Of a stretch of 64,000 bases of DNA, positions 28,186-41,551 are shown in pieces. The DNA comes from Macrostomum lignano (lineage: Eukaryota), in contig NIVC01000246.1 in NCBI GenBank assembly GCA_002269645.1, positions 1-64,000 on the forward strand, written 5' to 3'. Made by a program: the position numbers and the translations under genes. Within the stretch, counting starts at the first letter, position 1, and every line of letters starts with the position of its first letter. The notes beneath the pieces are model-generated. The model was not told where the DNA came from. It made no database searches and worked only from the letters and a program-made list of their open reading frames with translations.

Positions 28186-29029
28186 GTGCAAATTCTTCAA
28201 AATTTTATCATTTTTCTAGTTCACAGGATCGCACAGTTGATATCTGTAGAAAAACCATGCTCACTGAAATTAATAATCGCTAATTTGAATTACTTCCTTA
28301 TTGATCTTTTCTTTCCATGATTAATTTTAATGCTTTCAAGTCTGAGCACGCAGAGGATGGAATCATGATGTCATTTAGCAGTAATGGTTATTGTGATTTA
28401 TAAATAGCTAGATCTGATATCCTGGATAGGATTTGCTATATATTATCGCACATTATAATTACACTCCAGAAAGTGAGCGATAGACTGGGCGGTGAGGGTT
28501 GGGAGAGATTTCCCCCTGTCAGTTTAGCTTTTATAAGACTTCGCCGCGGTCGTTTGCTTTCTAAAATTTTCTCAAAACTCATTTCTGCGCTCTGGCGGCC
28601 CAGTTCAAGGCTCGGTCAGTCTTTTCACTGTCATTCGCATCCTGGCCTGAAACTGGCTCGCCTCCTTGTCTGGCTCTGCGCTATAATTATCCAAATCCTG
28701 TCTGTTATCCGCTGCTCTCGCTGATCACTGGCGCCCAAATCTGTTTTAACGCTTCGTTTGACTTTGACTTCTTGTTTTGTGTCAGCTCGGGTGTTGGGGT
28801 AGGCTTTGAATGTGAAAACTCTGTCTAATAATCATAGTAATGATAAGCTGCAGGAGGATTCGCTCAATTGATGCATGTTTGCCTTATTCTTCAGATGCGA
28901 TGCGACTCAAGCTTATGCAACAGTTGATCGGACTCGTCTGTTTAGCGGAGATAAAAACTCTTTAAGGAATATTTGGAGAGAAGATCGAGTATCAGTTTAA
29001 TTATTTATAAGAAAAATTTCCTATTATTT

Positions 29030-29431
29030 AGCGGCTGCCCTGTCCTGTAGAATCTGAGGCTGTAGCGGCTGCCCTGTCCTGTAGAATGAGGCTGTAGCGG
29101 CTGCCCTGTCCTGTAGAATCTGAGGCTGTAGCGGCTGCCCTGTCCTGTAGAATCTGAGGCTGTAGCGGCTGCCCTGTCCTGTAGAATGAGGCTGTAGCGG
29201 CTGCCCTGTCCTGTAGAATCTGAGGCTGTAGCGGCTGCCCTGTCCTGTAGAATCTGAGGCTGTAGCGGCTGCCCTGTCCTGTAGAATCTGAGGCTGTAGC
29301 GGCTGCCCTGTCCTGTACAATCTGAGGCTGTAGCGGCTGCCCTGTCCTGTAGAATCTGAGGCTGTAGCGGCTGCCCTGTCCTGTAGAATCTGAGGCTGTA
29401 GCGGCTGCCCTGTCCTGGAGAATCTGAGGCT
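29030..29431 (+). repeat. 34-bp minisatellite GGCTGTAGCGGCTGCCCTGTCCTGTAGAATCTGA, about 12 units
   Basis: Period of 34 (29221 to 29255). Confidence 0.95.
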
Positions 29432-32400
29432 TAAATTATATAAACTTTTGCGTAATTAATATTCGATACAGCCTTTTTGACCTAAAAATGACTTTGAAAT
29501 CCACTTGATATTCAAAGTCCAACTGACTAATCAGAGCTGTGGGCAGAAGTCAGATATAAAAACAGTTAATTTTTTATGTGCCATGCGCGTGACCTGCACA
29601 AAGGAATGCCTGTCTCCATGCGGGCTAAGGTTTTTTTGAGCATGTTGAAGTGCTGGGCTTCTGTTCAGAACGTTGCAAACCTTGACTGATTGTTTTTTCT
29701 CTTCTCTGTTCCCATGGAGGATTTTAAATGAATAAGAATCCCGTTGTTCAAACCCACCACACTGAGCTGAGTACGATTTTATTCTTGCTGCTCTTAGTCT
29801 GCTTTTTCTAAGCTGTATCCAGGCGGATACACTGCCTGTTTAAGCAGGCAGCCATCCTTTCCAGTTGTGGAATTATAGAAAACAGGTGACTGACGTTTGC
29901 TGAGCACAAAAGATGGAGGGGTTAATCTTTTAGCAACAGTGATCTGCAGGGAGCGCGGTGAGAGTCTCTGGTATTATAATGGGTCGAGTATCGCCGCGCC
30001 GCCCCCCGCCGCGCTAAGGCGATTGTCAATCAAGCTTGTCCTCCGTGTGGCCTTTGACCGCCAGGATCCTCGTGGCGCGAGAGGAGTTGTTGAGAGCGGG
30101 GATCGGAATTTCCTCAATACTGGTTGCTAAGCCGCAATCGCGAGTCTGGATTTGACGCTGCAGCTGTTTAATTGTAGAGAAGTTTCTGGTTTAAGAGGGA
30201 ACAAGAAACGGAAGCTGAGAAAATGGTGTTGAATGCCACTTGCAAACCAGTTTCACTTAAGTGGAAGCTGTGGTGTGTCGCGGGGCATTGTTAAAGAATT
30301 GCTGAATTGTGAAGTAGAGTGCTGCTGTGGTTGTCTAGGGCCCGCAATGTCCCCTCATCTGCGCAAACTGTCGCATCGCGTCTCATTGAATTGTTGGTCC
30401 TTCTCGCACATGTTGGCCTCCCATCGCCCCAGACACTCTTAGGGGTGACCTTCCTGTTCGTTTTTTTATATATTAGATTCGCTCCTAACCTCCAGTCCCC
30501 TCCAGATTTCCTAATCATGTAGGACTTTCTTCTGTAATTTTCCACAGAATCCCCTGATTTTACTTCTTATTCCTGCTTAAACCCAGTTCTCTCCCCCCCC
30601 CTACTTTCTTGCGATTTTGTGTTGCCTTTAATTTTGACAGAAAATTTGCTAGTTTAGGTCGCTTAATGATGATGCATTAAAATATATAAAATGCTCTCTT
30701 ATGCGCTGCAAGTTCCTGTCCGACCTCTGACCCGGCCTCTTTGCGGCTTGCCTAGCACACACACGCGCACACACAATGTCTTAATTTGGGGATGATAGAG
30801 CCTTAGACTGATGAAGGCTTGATAATTGACTGCCTGTCTGCTGCCGATCCCCAGACTAGCATGGGAAAGCTGATATGCTAGGACAAATAGTTATGAGAGA
30901 GAGAGAAGAAGGTAAAGGCGCCACGTGAACCCAAAAATGTTCCCAACATCCGCGGCATTGTTTGACTCTCCCACTACCGCCAGTCCAGCTCGCCGTTCCC
31001 GCCGCCCGGGGCCCTTCCATCTCTGCTTGTGTTAAGAAATCTTCTATCTTAATATCTTCAGCCTATCTGTCCATGATCGCAACCCCAGCCACCCCGCCAT
31101 TGAAGTGGGCAAACAACTGGTGCTACCCTATTCCCCTTAGCTAGAAATTGAAGGAGAAAGTAGAGAGTGTATATCCTCTACTATTGAGCAGGCAAGTCAC
31201 GAATAAGTAAAGTGGATTTGAAGTGCTGCCGCTGTCGATAGCCAACTTTTATCCGTCAACGAGATCAAAAGCGGTACTTCATCAGCGGAATTGCTTTTAC
31301 CCACACGGTCAGGCCTGGTGGTTAATATGCTCAAGCAGAGACAGGCTGGCTGAGGCCAGCTGCTGCTTACTTGAGTGACGCGGCAAGTGGCCTGCGGTTT
31401 TTTGATTTCGTATGAAATAGTCGCGTCAACTATTAGGGTAGGCCTAGCTATTTAGTGAGTTTCTCCTGCTCAAAGATGTCTTGAGCAGGACGGGAGATAT
31501 CGTTTCTTAGAAAACCAAATCTATAATAAAAGATAAGACGTGAAAAGTTCCTATCTCGGTAGTGTAGTTTTCGCTTAAATCCAGCTTCTATAGAGATTCT
31601 CTAAGAAAATAAGTTCCCCACCCGTCTACTTAAGTCGTAGACCTTGCTCTTAGCTTTATCCCAACAGGCCATATGACCAATCTGTTAATTGTTGAGGTGC
31701 GCGCGTCGAATGCTCTCGAATTTCTTTTACCCCCTCTTCTCTCTGTAGCTCCTGGGCTAAGGGAAATGTCACGCGCCTTATGATTAGATAGGTATCTCTG
31801 GCTTACCTGCACCGTGCGCCAGTAAATTGAACCCCGGTGGCCGTCTTTCTCCTGTCTTAATAAATACACCGACCGGTCGACCTGCTGCGCGCAACAGCTA
31901 AGCCTTAAATGCCTTATCTGGGATGGGTCACACGTGTGCGAAACTGATACCCCCACTGGACTCCCCGCATTAGGGGATGCGCTCGAGAGACAACTCAAGC
32001 TAGCTGGCGTCAACTTTATTCTTTAAAAAAATTGACCTCAATTATATGTGCGGCTGGCAATTCAATCCGAGGAGGAAGGAATTTTGAAAAAAATGAAAAC
32101 TAGGTTAGCTGGGGATCAGTTTGACTGATTTCTTAGTTATTTCTGATTTCTGCGCCAAAACCGAAAGATTGAATCGGGTCTGTGCTCAGCTGACTTCTTG
32201 CTGCTTCTAACATTTTGCTTTGGCTTTTTCATGCTAGAAGAAAAGTTTATTGCGTGAATGAAAATAAGAATTCGGTGTCCGTGTTGACCCACTAAGATTT
32301 TTCTTTACTTAGCTTCTTTTGCTAAACCAGCTGTGCTTGGTTCTTTAAAAAATATTTCATTGCAGAAATAGTCCGCTATTATGCTCTTGTAGAGTCAAGT

Positions 32401-32587
32401 CAGCCTTTACGGGTAGATAGATAAGCCGCCATAAGAAAACATGATCAGAAACGATATAAAGACAACGAAACGAAAAATGGCTTTATGGGGCAATATGGCG
32501 CCACGTCTCGCCCGTAAGTTGATATCTAAGAAGGTAATTGAATTTAGCTGACCTCTCTCAGCGGCCGTCCATTGTATGATCACAGAA

Positions 32588-32734
32588 TACAACTGTCCAC
32601 TGTAGGATCACAGACATACAGCAACTGTCCACTGTAGGATCACAGACATACTTCAACTGTCCACTGTAGGATCACAGACATACAGCAACTGTCCATTGTA
32701 GGTTCAGAGACATGCAGCGGCTGTCCACTGTAGG
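32588..32734 (+). repeat. 32-bp tandem repeat CAACTGTCCACTGTAGGATCACAGACATACAG, 4-5 units
   Basis: Period of 32 (32591 to 32623). Confidence 0.85.
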
Positions 32735-34769
32735 AAGGTTTGTTAAAGAATCAATTTCATGTAAAATCTATATAAAAGTCAAGGACATGTAAAAGTGGTT
32801 CAACTGTAATATTAATAATGAGCTTGAAATAGCGAAAAATGCTGCTAATTCAGTGAAATAATCGGATCGAGTAGATCTGTGTGTAACTGCTTACCGTTGA
32901 CAAGTTTTTAGGGTTTGAAAAGTGAGGAATTAGTTTGTATAAGCGGCTTATCATTTATCCCTTTGCCTGTATCCACGTTAGTGGCTTTTTGCCACGGCAA
33001 CGGAAAAGGGAAAATACACCGCGCGCGTGTTTGCAGAAGAAAGGAAATGATTAAGAATGAACTCGTAAGCAAATCTGCTCAATCTTAGATCCTAGGCAGG
33101 GCGTGCCGGCTGAGCTAATATTGGGCATCAATCAGCGCCGCTATTTTTTGAATAATGGCAGTGAGCCTGCTGAATGGAGGAGAATTGTCACATTGTGCCG
33201 ATAAAGCGATCTCAAGGATATTTAAGAGACTTAGCGCCTCTTGTAGTATGGGGAGGGATAAAAATTGAGACAGGCGCCATTCCCCCGTGGAAAATCCACA
33301 AGCTGTGCTAGTCAAAGACAAGCAGCACTCCAGCCGTCTGCGGTTTTGGTTGCTACCTCGCTTTTGTCATCAGCCGCCACTCATCAAATTTATCATCCTG
33401 GGCCGCTTGTCATCGATTGCTGTTTTTTTACGGAGCAGGGAGCCGCAGCGGCTGCTGGTTTTGTTACTGTGCTTGCTCATCTGCCTAGCAACCAGTGTTT
33501 GTTTCCGATCCTCCACTCTTGAACGCCCGTCTGTCGGCGGCTGCGGTTGTTAAATAGAAAGCTCAAAGGCGAATTCCATCCCTCCGAATTGTCACTTGGC
33601 GAATAAAAACTGAGGAGACGCGTGGCTCCCTCTTTTTCTCTCCTCATTCTTTATTGCTGCAGCTGCTGCCGTCCTCCGCGCGTTTCCTGACTCAGAAAAT
33701 CTGAGGGCTGGCAGGCTCTTCAGCTTCTTCTATCTGATTTTCAGTTGTGGCAAACTAATTGCTTCATCACAACAGAGAAGTTCGACATCCGATCTGCTTG
33801 GTGTTCTTTGGAATTCACTCTGACAACCGTATCGTGTTGAGTTATCGAGATCGCATTGAAGCTGCCGTTGTATCCAAGGCTTTGAAAAGGCGCTCTTTCA
33901 ACTCCTAGAAGATTAGCTGTAGCGATTTTATCGACTATTTTTAAGTCCCTATTGTTTTTTGTCCTTCAATTATGGCAAGGAAAGGCAGGAAAGGAATTAC
34001 TTCAACAGATTGTGCCGGCATTATTCATGGATGAGAAGATTTCCGTCTCCTAACTTGGAGCAGAGCTTATACACTGTGAATGGGATTTGGACTCGATATA
34101 ATTGTTGTCTGGCATGCTTCACTGCATAGCCGGCTATTAACGGTTTATCGAACCGATCTGGAGAACAAGAAAACCAGACAAAAATAAAAGATGCTAGCGG
34201 CTCTGGGCCTACCGCCCGCTGACTCTAAGCAATATGTTGCAATTTACTCGGCCTAGAGGAATCTGGCCTGAATATTCCTTGTGAAAGAAAAACAACTTAC
34301 CGACACGAAGCTAGCAAAAGTATCAAAGAATTCACTTCCTCTACAATAACAATTAGATAAAGAAAAATTGTCGGTTAAGACAAATGAAAAATGTCTTTTT
34401 AATATAATAATTGGCTTTCTTCTATCAATTCAAGTGGATAACAAGTGTGTTTCTTAATTCTTAAGCCCCAGGCGTCTCTTTTGCTCGTACATTTTTGCTT
34501 TTTTAAGCCTCGATACACGGCAAGTAAAGATACTTATATGATTTGCCGCATCCCACTCTAACTAGATTTAGGCGCTTTTGCAGACTCGGAATTAATATAG
34601 AACGCAATAAAATAATTTGCTTTTCTAGTCAATTTTGTCATGTTTTATAAATTTAACTACCCATAGTTATTAGAATTCAGTTCGATTTGTAATGTACAAT
34701 ATATGTTATATATAATGTATATTGAATAGCTTGACTTTTGGCATGGAAAGTTTAAGCTTAAAATATTTG

Positions 34770-35255
34770 CTTTTGTGAAGCTTTCGGTATGTAAAGTTTC
34801 GGTAGGTGAAGTTTCGGTATCTGAATCTTGTGGTATATGAAGCTTTTGGTATCTGAAGCTTTCGGTATGTGAATCTTTTGGTATCTGAAGCTTTTGGTAT
34901 GTGAAGCTTTTGGTATGTGAAGCTTCGGTAGGTGAAATTTCGGTGTGTGAATCTTTTGGTATCTGAAGCTTTTGGTATGTGAAGCTTTTGGTATGTGAAG
35001 CTTCGGTAGGTGAAATTTCGGTACGTGAATCTTTTGGTATCTGAAGCTTTTGGTATCTGAAGCTTTTGGTATGTGAAGCTTCGGTAGGTGAAATTTCGGT
35101 ATGTGAATCTTTTGGTATCTGAAGCTTTTGGTATGTGAAGCTTTTGGTATGTGAAGCTTCGGTAGGTGAAATTTCGGTACGTGAATCTTTTGGTATCTGA
35201 AGCTTTCGGTAGGTAAAGTTTCGGTAGGTGAAGTTTCGGTATGTGAAGTTTCGGT
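34770..35255 (+). repeat. Composite 16-18-bp repeat (GAAGCTTTTGGTATCT / GAAATTTCGGTAGGT variants) ending about 125 nt before the ZNF330 exon 2 acceptor
   Basis: Direct reading; accounts for the repetitive ORF 34657..35277. Confidence 0.9.
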
Positions 35256-35347
35256 TTTGTAACATTAGGTATTCCATAAAATTTACATTGAGTAAAGTTT
35301 ACTATAGTTAGATTTCTATAATACTCGTACTAGCACACGGTTACTAA

Positions 35348-35791
<444 letters not shown>

Positions 35792-35974
35792 CGCGCTGAG
35801 AAACTATGTGCAGATAGGGTGCTAGTCTAAAGGTTGGTGTTAGTTCAAGCATTATGATTGGTTTATGCAATTTGGATGCCATTTCAGTTCCTCTGCGTTT
35901 TGCATGAAAGTTGTAGGCCAAAACTAACTAAAACCTTCTGAAGCTAAATCAATTATCTACAATTCTTGATTTCT

Positions 35975-36145
35975 GCGCTGAAATCTCACCTGTGGTGTTG
36001 GATTGGCGCTAAAATCTCATCTGTGGTGTTGGATTGGCGCTAAAATCTCACCTGTGGTGTTGGATTGGCGCTAAAATCTCACCTGTGGTGTTGGATTGGC
36101 GCTAAAATCTCATCTGTGGTAGATTGGCGCTAAAATCTCACCTAT
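35975..36145 (+). repeat. 31-bp tandem repeat with core ATTGGCGCTAAAATCTCACCTG and linker TGGTGTTGG, 5-6 units
   Basis: Period of 31 (35981 to 36012); same core as the 50420-51855 array. Confidence 0.9.
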
Positions 36146-38794
36146 GAGATCTCAGTGAGCGATAAAAACAGTATAGATAATGTGTGTCCCCTTTGAGAGG
36201 TTTTAGAGAAAAGATCTATAGTTTTCTATATTAACTCATTGGCTGATTTGTTATGGTTCTAAAGCGCGCTGTCACGTTTTCCTGTAATACCTTAATTAAT
36301 GTCGGATTGTTTAATAATTAAATCCAAATGCAGACTAACGTATTTTAAGTGTTTAAATTTACTTTCTTGTTGCGTTTTATTTATTCATTTCAACTTATGA
36401 AGTTTTTTTAGTAATAATGGCTTGTCAGTTTTATCGCTCAAAGGTGTGTGTGATCATTTCTCCAAGCAGAAATCTTTGCGTGCAGAAACTGCATTAGCAG
36501 GAAGGCTTCGGCAGGGGCCACGTGCCGCTTTCTTTCTCTTTCTACTCGTAACAGTTGAATTCGCACCTGAGTTTTCACTTGATCTCCTATCAGAGACGGT
36601 TGTTAGCTTCCGAGTGTGTTTCTAATCTTGTGTGGAACTGCTTTTAGAAGAGGCCAATTAGTTTAGAAAATTTTTTAAGAAGAAAAGGCTAACATATAAT
36701 TTGCTAATCTGCCAGTTTGCGGATTATCTTGCTGGGTGGGGGGTGTTGGTCTGCTTGGGGCATTTCCCGTCACAGAATTCGAGTCAAGCCAGTGTGTCCA
36801 GCATCCCGCGCCCAAGATGAAGCTCCTCAAGACGGCTTGAATGGGGGAGCGTAGGTTATCGCTGTCTCTACATCAGCCATTATTTTAATGCAAGTATATA
36901 AATGGTGAGAGAGGCTTAAAGTTGTGCATTGCGTAACAGGTCGGTCTGGTGTTTTTCTCTTTCCTGCGTTAATCGGGACGTGGCGATCTCTTTCTTTGTG
37001 TCTGCTTTTTTCTCTCTTTTAAATTTCCCCGCTTCTACTGCGCAGCGCGGTGTCAAAACTCGGCGCGATGGCCCTCCTTCCAAATCTTCCCATTCTAGTC
37101 CCTCTCCCTCCCCCCACACCTATGCGGGTTTTTTCCACGGTCTAATTACGCAAACGGTGCAGGGAAAGACTTGCGTATGTTCTCTTCTATATTCTTCTGC
37201 TTTTGGGCTTGTAGAAGAAGAACAGATCGCGAGCTAAAATTGAATTCGAATTATGCGGGATCGGCCTGTTGATGCTTCCTTATTTTTACCTTACTCTTCG
37301 CTATGTGGGTTTATGCATTTATAGAGTATAAGAGCCAAACCGCTCGCGCCTGACCCCCGAGGCGAGTCGGGGAGTGAGGGGGGGGGCGGGGCCGGTCCGA
37401 GAAATGCGGGCGACCTCGCCGGTTTTCTATCTATATCTATAGGCCTATAGGAAGCCTACTAGGAAGGACAGCACGTTGCAATTCCTCGATCATTCCCGCC
37501 GCACGCTCCACGCTCTGTCTCTGTTTCAATTAACAACTGACAGCTAGGCAGATAGCTAATACTTTGGCCGGAAACTTTTTTCTCCCCACTGGTTTCGGTT
37601 TGTTTCACTATTGAAATCCCCAAGGTGGCAATTGTCAATAGCCCAATACGCAGACTTCCCTTTCTCTCTCTCTCCCGTGACCCGGCTTGTTTTTAAGATC
37701 AAATTCTTTTCTATTCGCTCTATAATTCTTTGTCTTCGTCCTGTGTTGGCCATGTCTTTAACCAACCCTTACCTCTGCCTCTTATTATCACACTTCGTTT
37801 CTTCTCTGCTTTAACTTTGTCGGCTCTCTTGTTTTAAGAGAGTGGAGAGATTCGCACCGCCTTATTCCTCATGGCTGTCTGTCTGTCCCTCCCTCAAGCC
37901 CCCCCCGCGGTGTGCGAGCCCCTATAAAATATTGCGGCTGAATTAACGTAGCTAGCACCTGTGAGGCTTCAGGGTCTATAGTTAGTTTTCAAATGTATAA
38001 TTGTTAACCCGATGATGCGCAATCATATTCAATCATTGTGCCGGTTGTTCAACATTTGATTTCTGTCTTGTCCCCCCCCCTTTATCCCGTTAAAGTGGCC
38101 AATTCTATCTAACACCCTCACAGAAGCCTGCTACAGGCCGTGGCTCAGGCCTCAACAGCTCATTCTTGCCCTAAAGCAATCATTATTTATTATGAGTTCG
38201 CCTATTGCCAGCTCCTTGATTTGTAGATAATGTAAAATACAAAGACGCTGACAGTTAAGTGGCAAGGGGCGCGGCCACAGAGTGCGTGCCTGAGTACAGT
38301 ATTGGCTACACCATTAGGCATCTACAAGCTCTCAGAAAGCGCGATTTCTTAAAAAATGATTGATGTTAGACCGGAGTTTGGTGTCATTTTTTATATTAAT
38401 TACTGGCAGCGTAGCTTGATAGCGCCACCTAAAGCTTTAAGAGAAGAAGGCGGCTCGGTGCGAATTCTAATCCAAATAAACAGTCAAAAGTTGATGGAGG
38501 GATCACAAGCCAACGTTGACTCTGGTAGTTTTGTTGGTAGTGAAAACATTGCCTACAGTCCAATATGGTCCGGAAAGATTGAAAGATTTTCCAAGTCACA
38601 ACTAACAGATGTCGCGGATTTTGATGCAGCATTGTTTATGGGAGATTTTTTGCCTACCCGCATCCTTCTGTCTGACTTTCTACTTTAGTAACATTAAACG
38701 GGACCATTTTGGTGCCAAAATATTTTAAATATTACACTGCTTTTTGCAATGCTGATTAAAACACCTGCTTTCTGTTGAAGTGCCAAATTTCGCC

Positions 38795-41050
38795 AAGAAT
38801 CACCCATTAGACACCTCTGAGAATCGCCAATTAGACACCTAAAGAATCGCCCACTAGACACCGTTAAGAATCGCCCATTAGACACCTAAAGAATCGCCCA
38901 CTAGACACCGTTAAGAATCGCCCATTAGACACCTAAAGAATCGCCCACTAGACACCGTTAAGAATCGCCCATTAGACACCTAAAGAATCGCCCATTAGAC
39001 ACCTAAAGAATCGCCCATTAGACACCTAAAGAATCGCCCACTAGACACCGTTAAGAATCGCCCATTAGACACCTAAAGAATCGCCCACTAGACACCGTTA
39101 AGAATCGCCCATTAGACACCGTTAAGAATCGCCCATTAGACACCTAAAGAATCGCCCATTAGACACCTAAAGAATCGCCCATTAGACACCTAAAGAATCG
39201 CCCATTAGACACCTAAAGAATCGCCCACTAGACACTGTTAAGAATCGCCCATTAGACACCTAAAGAATCGCCCACTAGACACCTAAAGAATCGCCCACTA
39301 GACACCGTTAAGAATCGCCCATTAGACACCTAAAGAATCGCCCATTAGACACCTAAAGAATCGCCCACTAGACACCGTTAAGAATCGCCCATTAGACACC
39401 TAAAGAATCGCCCACTAGACACCGTTAAGAATCGCCCATTAGACACCTAAAGAATCGCCCATTAGACACCTAAAGAATCGCCCATTAGACACCTAAAGAA
39501 TCGCCCATTAGACACCTAAAGAATCGCCCATTAGACACCTAAAGAATCGCCCACTAGACACCGTTAAGAATCGCCCATTAGACACCTAAAGAATCGCCCA
39601 TTAGACACCTAAAGAATCGCCCACTAGACACCGTTAAGAATCGCCCATTAGACACCTAAAGAATCGCCCACTAGACACCGTTAAGAATCGCCCATTAGAC
39701 ACCTAAAGAATCGCCCATTAGACACCTAAAGAATCGCCCATTAGACACCTAAAGAATCGCCCACTAGACACCGTTAAGAATCGCCCATTAGACACCTAAA
39801 GAATCGCCCATTAGACACCTAAAGAATCGCCCACTAGACACCGCTGAGAATCGCCCATTAGACACCGTTAAGAATCGCCCATTAGACACCTAAAGAATCG
39901 CCCATTAGACACCTAAAGAATCGCCCATTAGACACCGTTAAGAATCGCCCATTAGACACCTAAAGAATCGCCCATTAGACACCTAAAGAATCGCCCATTA
40001 GACACCTAAAGAATCGCCCATTAGACACCTAAAGAATCGCCCATTAGACACCTAAAGAATCGCCCATTAGACACCTAAAGAATCGCCCACTAGACACCGT
40101 TAAGAATCGCCCATTAGACACCTAAAGAATCGCCCACTAGACACCGTTAAGAATCGCCCACTAGACACCGTTAAGAATCGCCCATTAGACACCTAAAGAA
40201 TCGCCCACTAGACACCGTTAAGAATCGCCCATTAGACACCTAAAGAATCGCCCATTAGACACCTAAAGAATCGCCCACTAGACACCTAAAGAATCGCCCA
40301 CTAGACACCGTTAAGAATCGCCCATTAGACACCTAAAGAATCGCCCATTAGACACCTAAAGAATCGCCCATTAGACACCGTTAAGAATCGCCCATTAGAC
40401 ACCTAAAGAATCGCCCATTAGACACCTAAAGAATCGCCCATTAGACACCGTTAAGAATCGCCCATTAGACACCTAAAGAATCGCCCATTAGACACCTAAA
40501 GAATCGCCCACTAGACACCGTTAAGAATCGCCCATTAGACACCTAAAGAATCGCCCATTAGACACCTAAAGAATCGCCCATTAGACACCGTTAAGAATCG
40601 CCCATTAGACACCTAAAGAATCGCCCATTAGACACCTAAAGAATCGCCCATTAGACACCGTTAAGAATCGCCCATTAGACACCTAAAGAATCGCCCATTA
40701 GACACCTAAAGAATCGCCCACTAGACACCGTTAAGAATCGCCCATTAGACACCTAAAGAATCGCCCATTAGACACCTAAAGAATCGCCCATTAGACACCT
40801 AAAGAATCGCCCATTAGACACCTAAAGAATCGCCCATTAGACACCTAAAGAATCGCCCATTAGACACCTAAAGAATCCCCCTCTAGACACCGTTAAGAAT
40901 CGCCCATTAGACACCTAAAGAATCGCCCACTAGACACCTAAAGAATCGCCCACTAGACACCGTTAAGAATCGCCCATTAGACACCTAAAGAATCGCCCAC
41001 TAGACACCGCTGAGAATCGCCCACTAGACACCGTTAAGAATCGCCCATTA
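38795..41050 (+). repeat. 23/24-bp minisatellite AAAGAATCGCCCATTAGACACCT / GTTAAGAATCGCCCA(C/T)TAGACACC, about 97 units
   Basis: Period of 23 (40741 to 40764) interleaved with the 24-bp variant; ends about 80 nt before the acceptor at 41133. Confidence 0.97.
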
Positions 41051-41133
41051 ACCACTGAAAAGCGGTAACAGAGACACCAGATGATTAAATATTTATGATA
41101 AAAATTGCCATATGTTTTGTTTATATTGAATAG

Positions 41134-41341
41134 GTCACCCGCCATTCACCCCGCACACCAGACCCCCACAGCGTCACTGAGCAGCGGCGACTGCCCCGAT
41201 GTCGCACAGCAGCCTGCTTCTGCTGCTGCCGCCCCGTCTGCCGAAGCGTCGGCCGTGGCGTCAGTTTCAACTGTTTCAAACCAGCTGGTTGATCCTTCAT
41301 CAACTCAGCAACAGGAGCAACAGCAGTACTTGATTGAGTCG
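41134..41341 (+). CDS. HENMT1: HENMT1 upstream exon (low-complexity N-terminal extension); more 5' exon(s) not located
   Basis: Acceptor ttgaatag and donor TCG|gtaagt; open in phase 0 with the 41552 exon across a 210-nt intron. Confidence 0.6.
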
Positions 41342-41551
41342 GTAAGTGTTTGCACCGTTGACAGTTTTAAGGCTGACGAAACTTTATTCGATTTCTCGTG
41401 TTACCCAAGAAAAAAGTACACGTGTACTTTCTTAGCACAAGTACTCTGTTTAAAGTACATGTGCTCGATTTAAAAGTACAAATTACTTTATCTAAACTTT
41501 TAAAGTACATTTGTACTTTATTTAAGGCTGATTAAAACCATTTTCACACAG

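Noticed and set aside
37556-37765. KGKSAYWAID resembles the forkhead wing motif GKGxYWxxD
   Set aside because: The helix-3 signature (WxNSIRHNLS) is absent, spacing is wrong and there are no supporting exons; likely chance.
38356-38688. ORF as the missing first exon of HENMT1
   Set aside because: The only nearby GT in the required phase would create a TAG on splicing; no convincing donor found.
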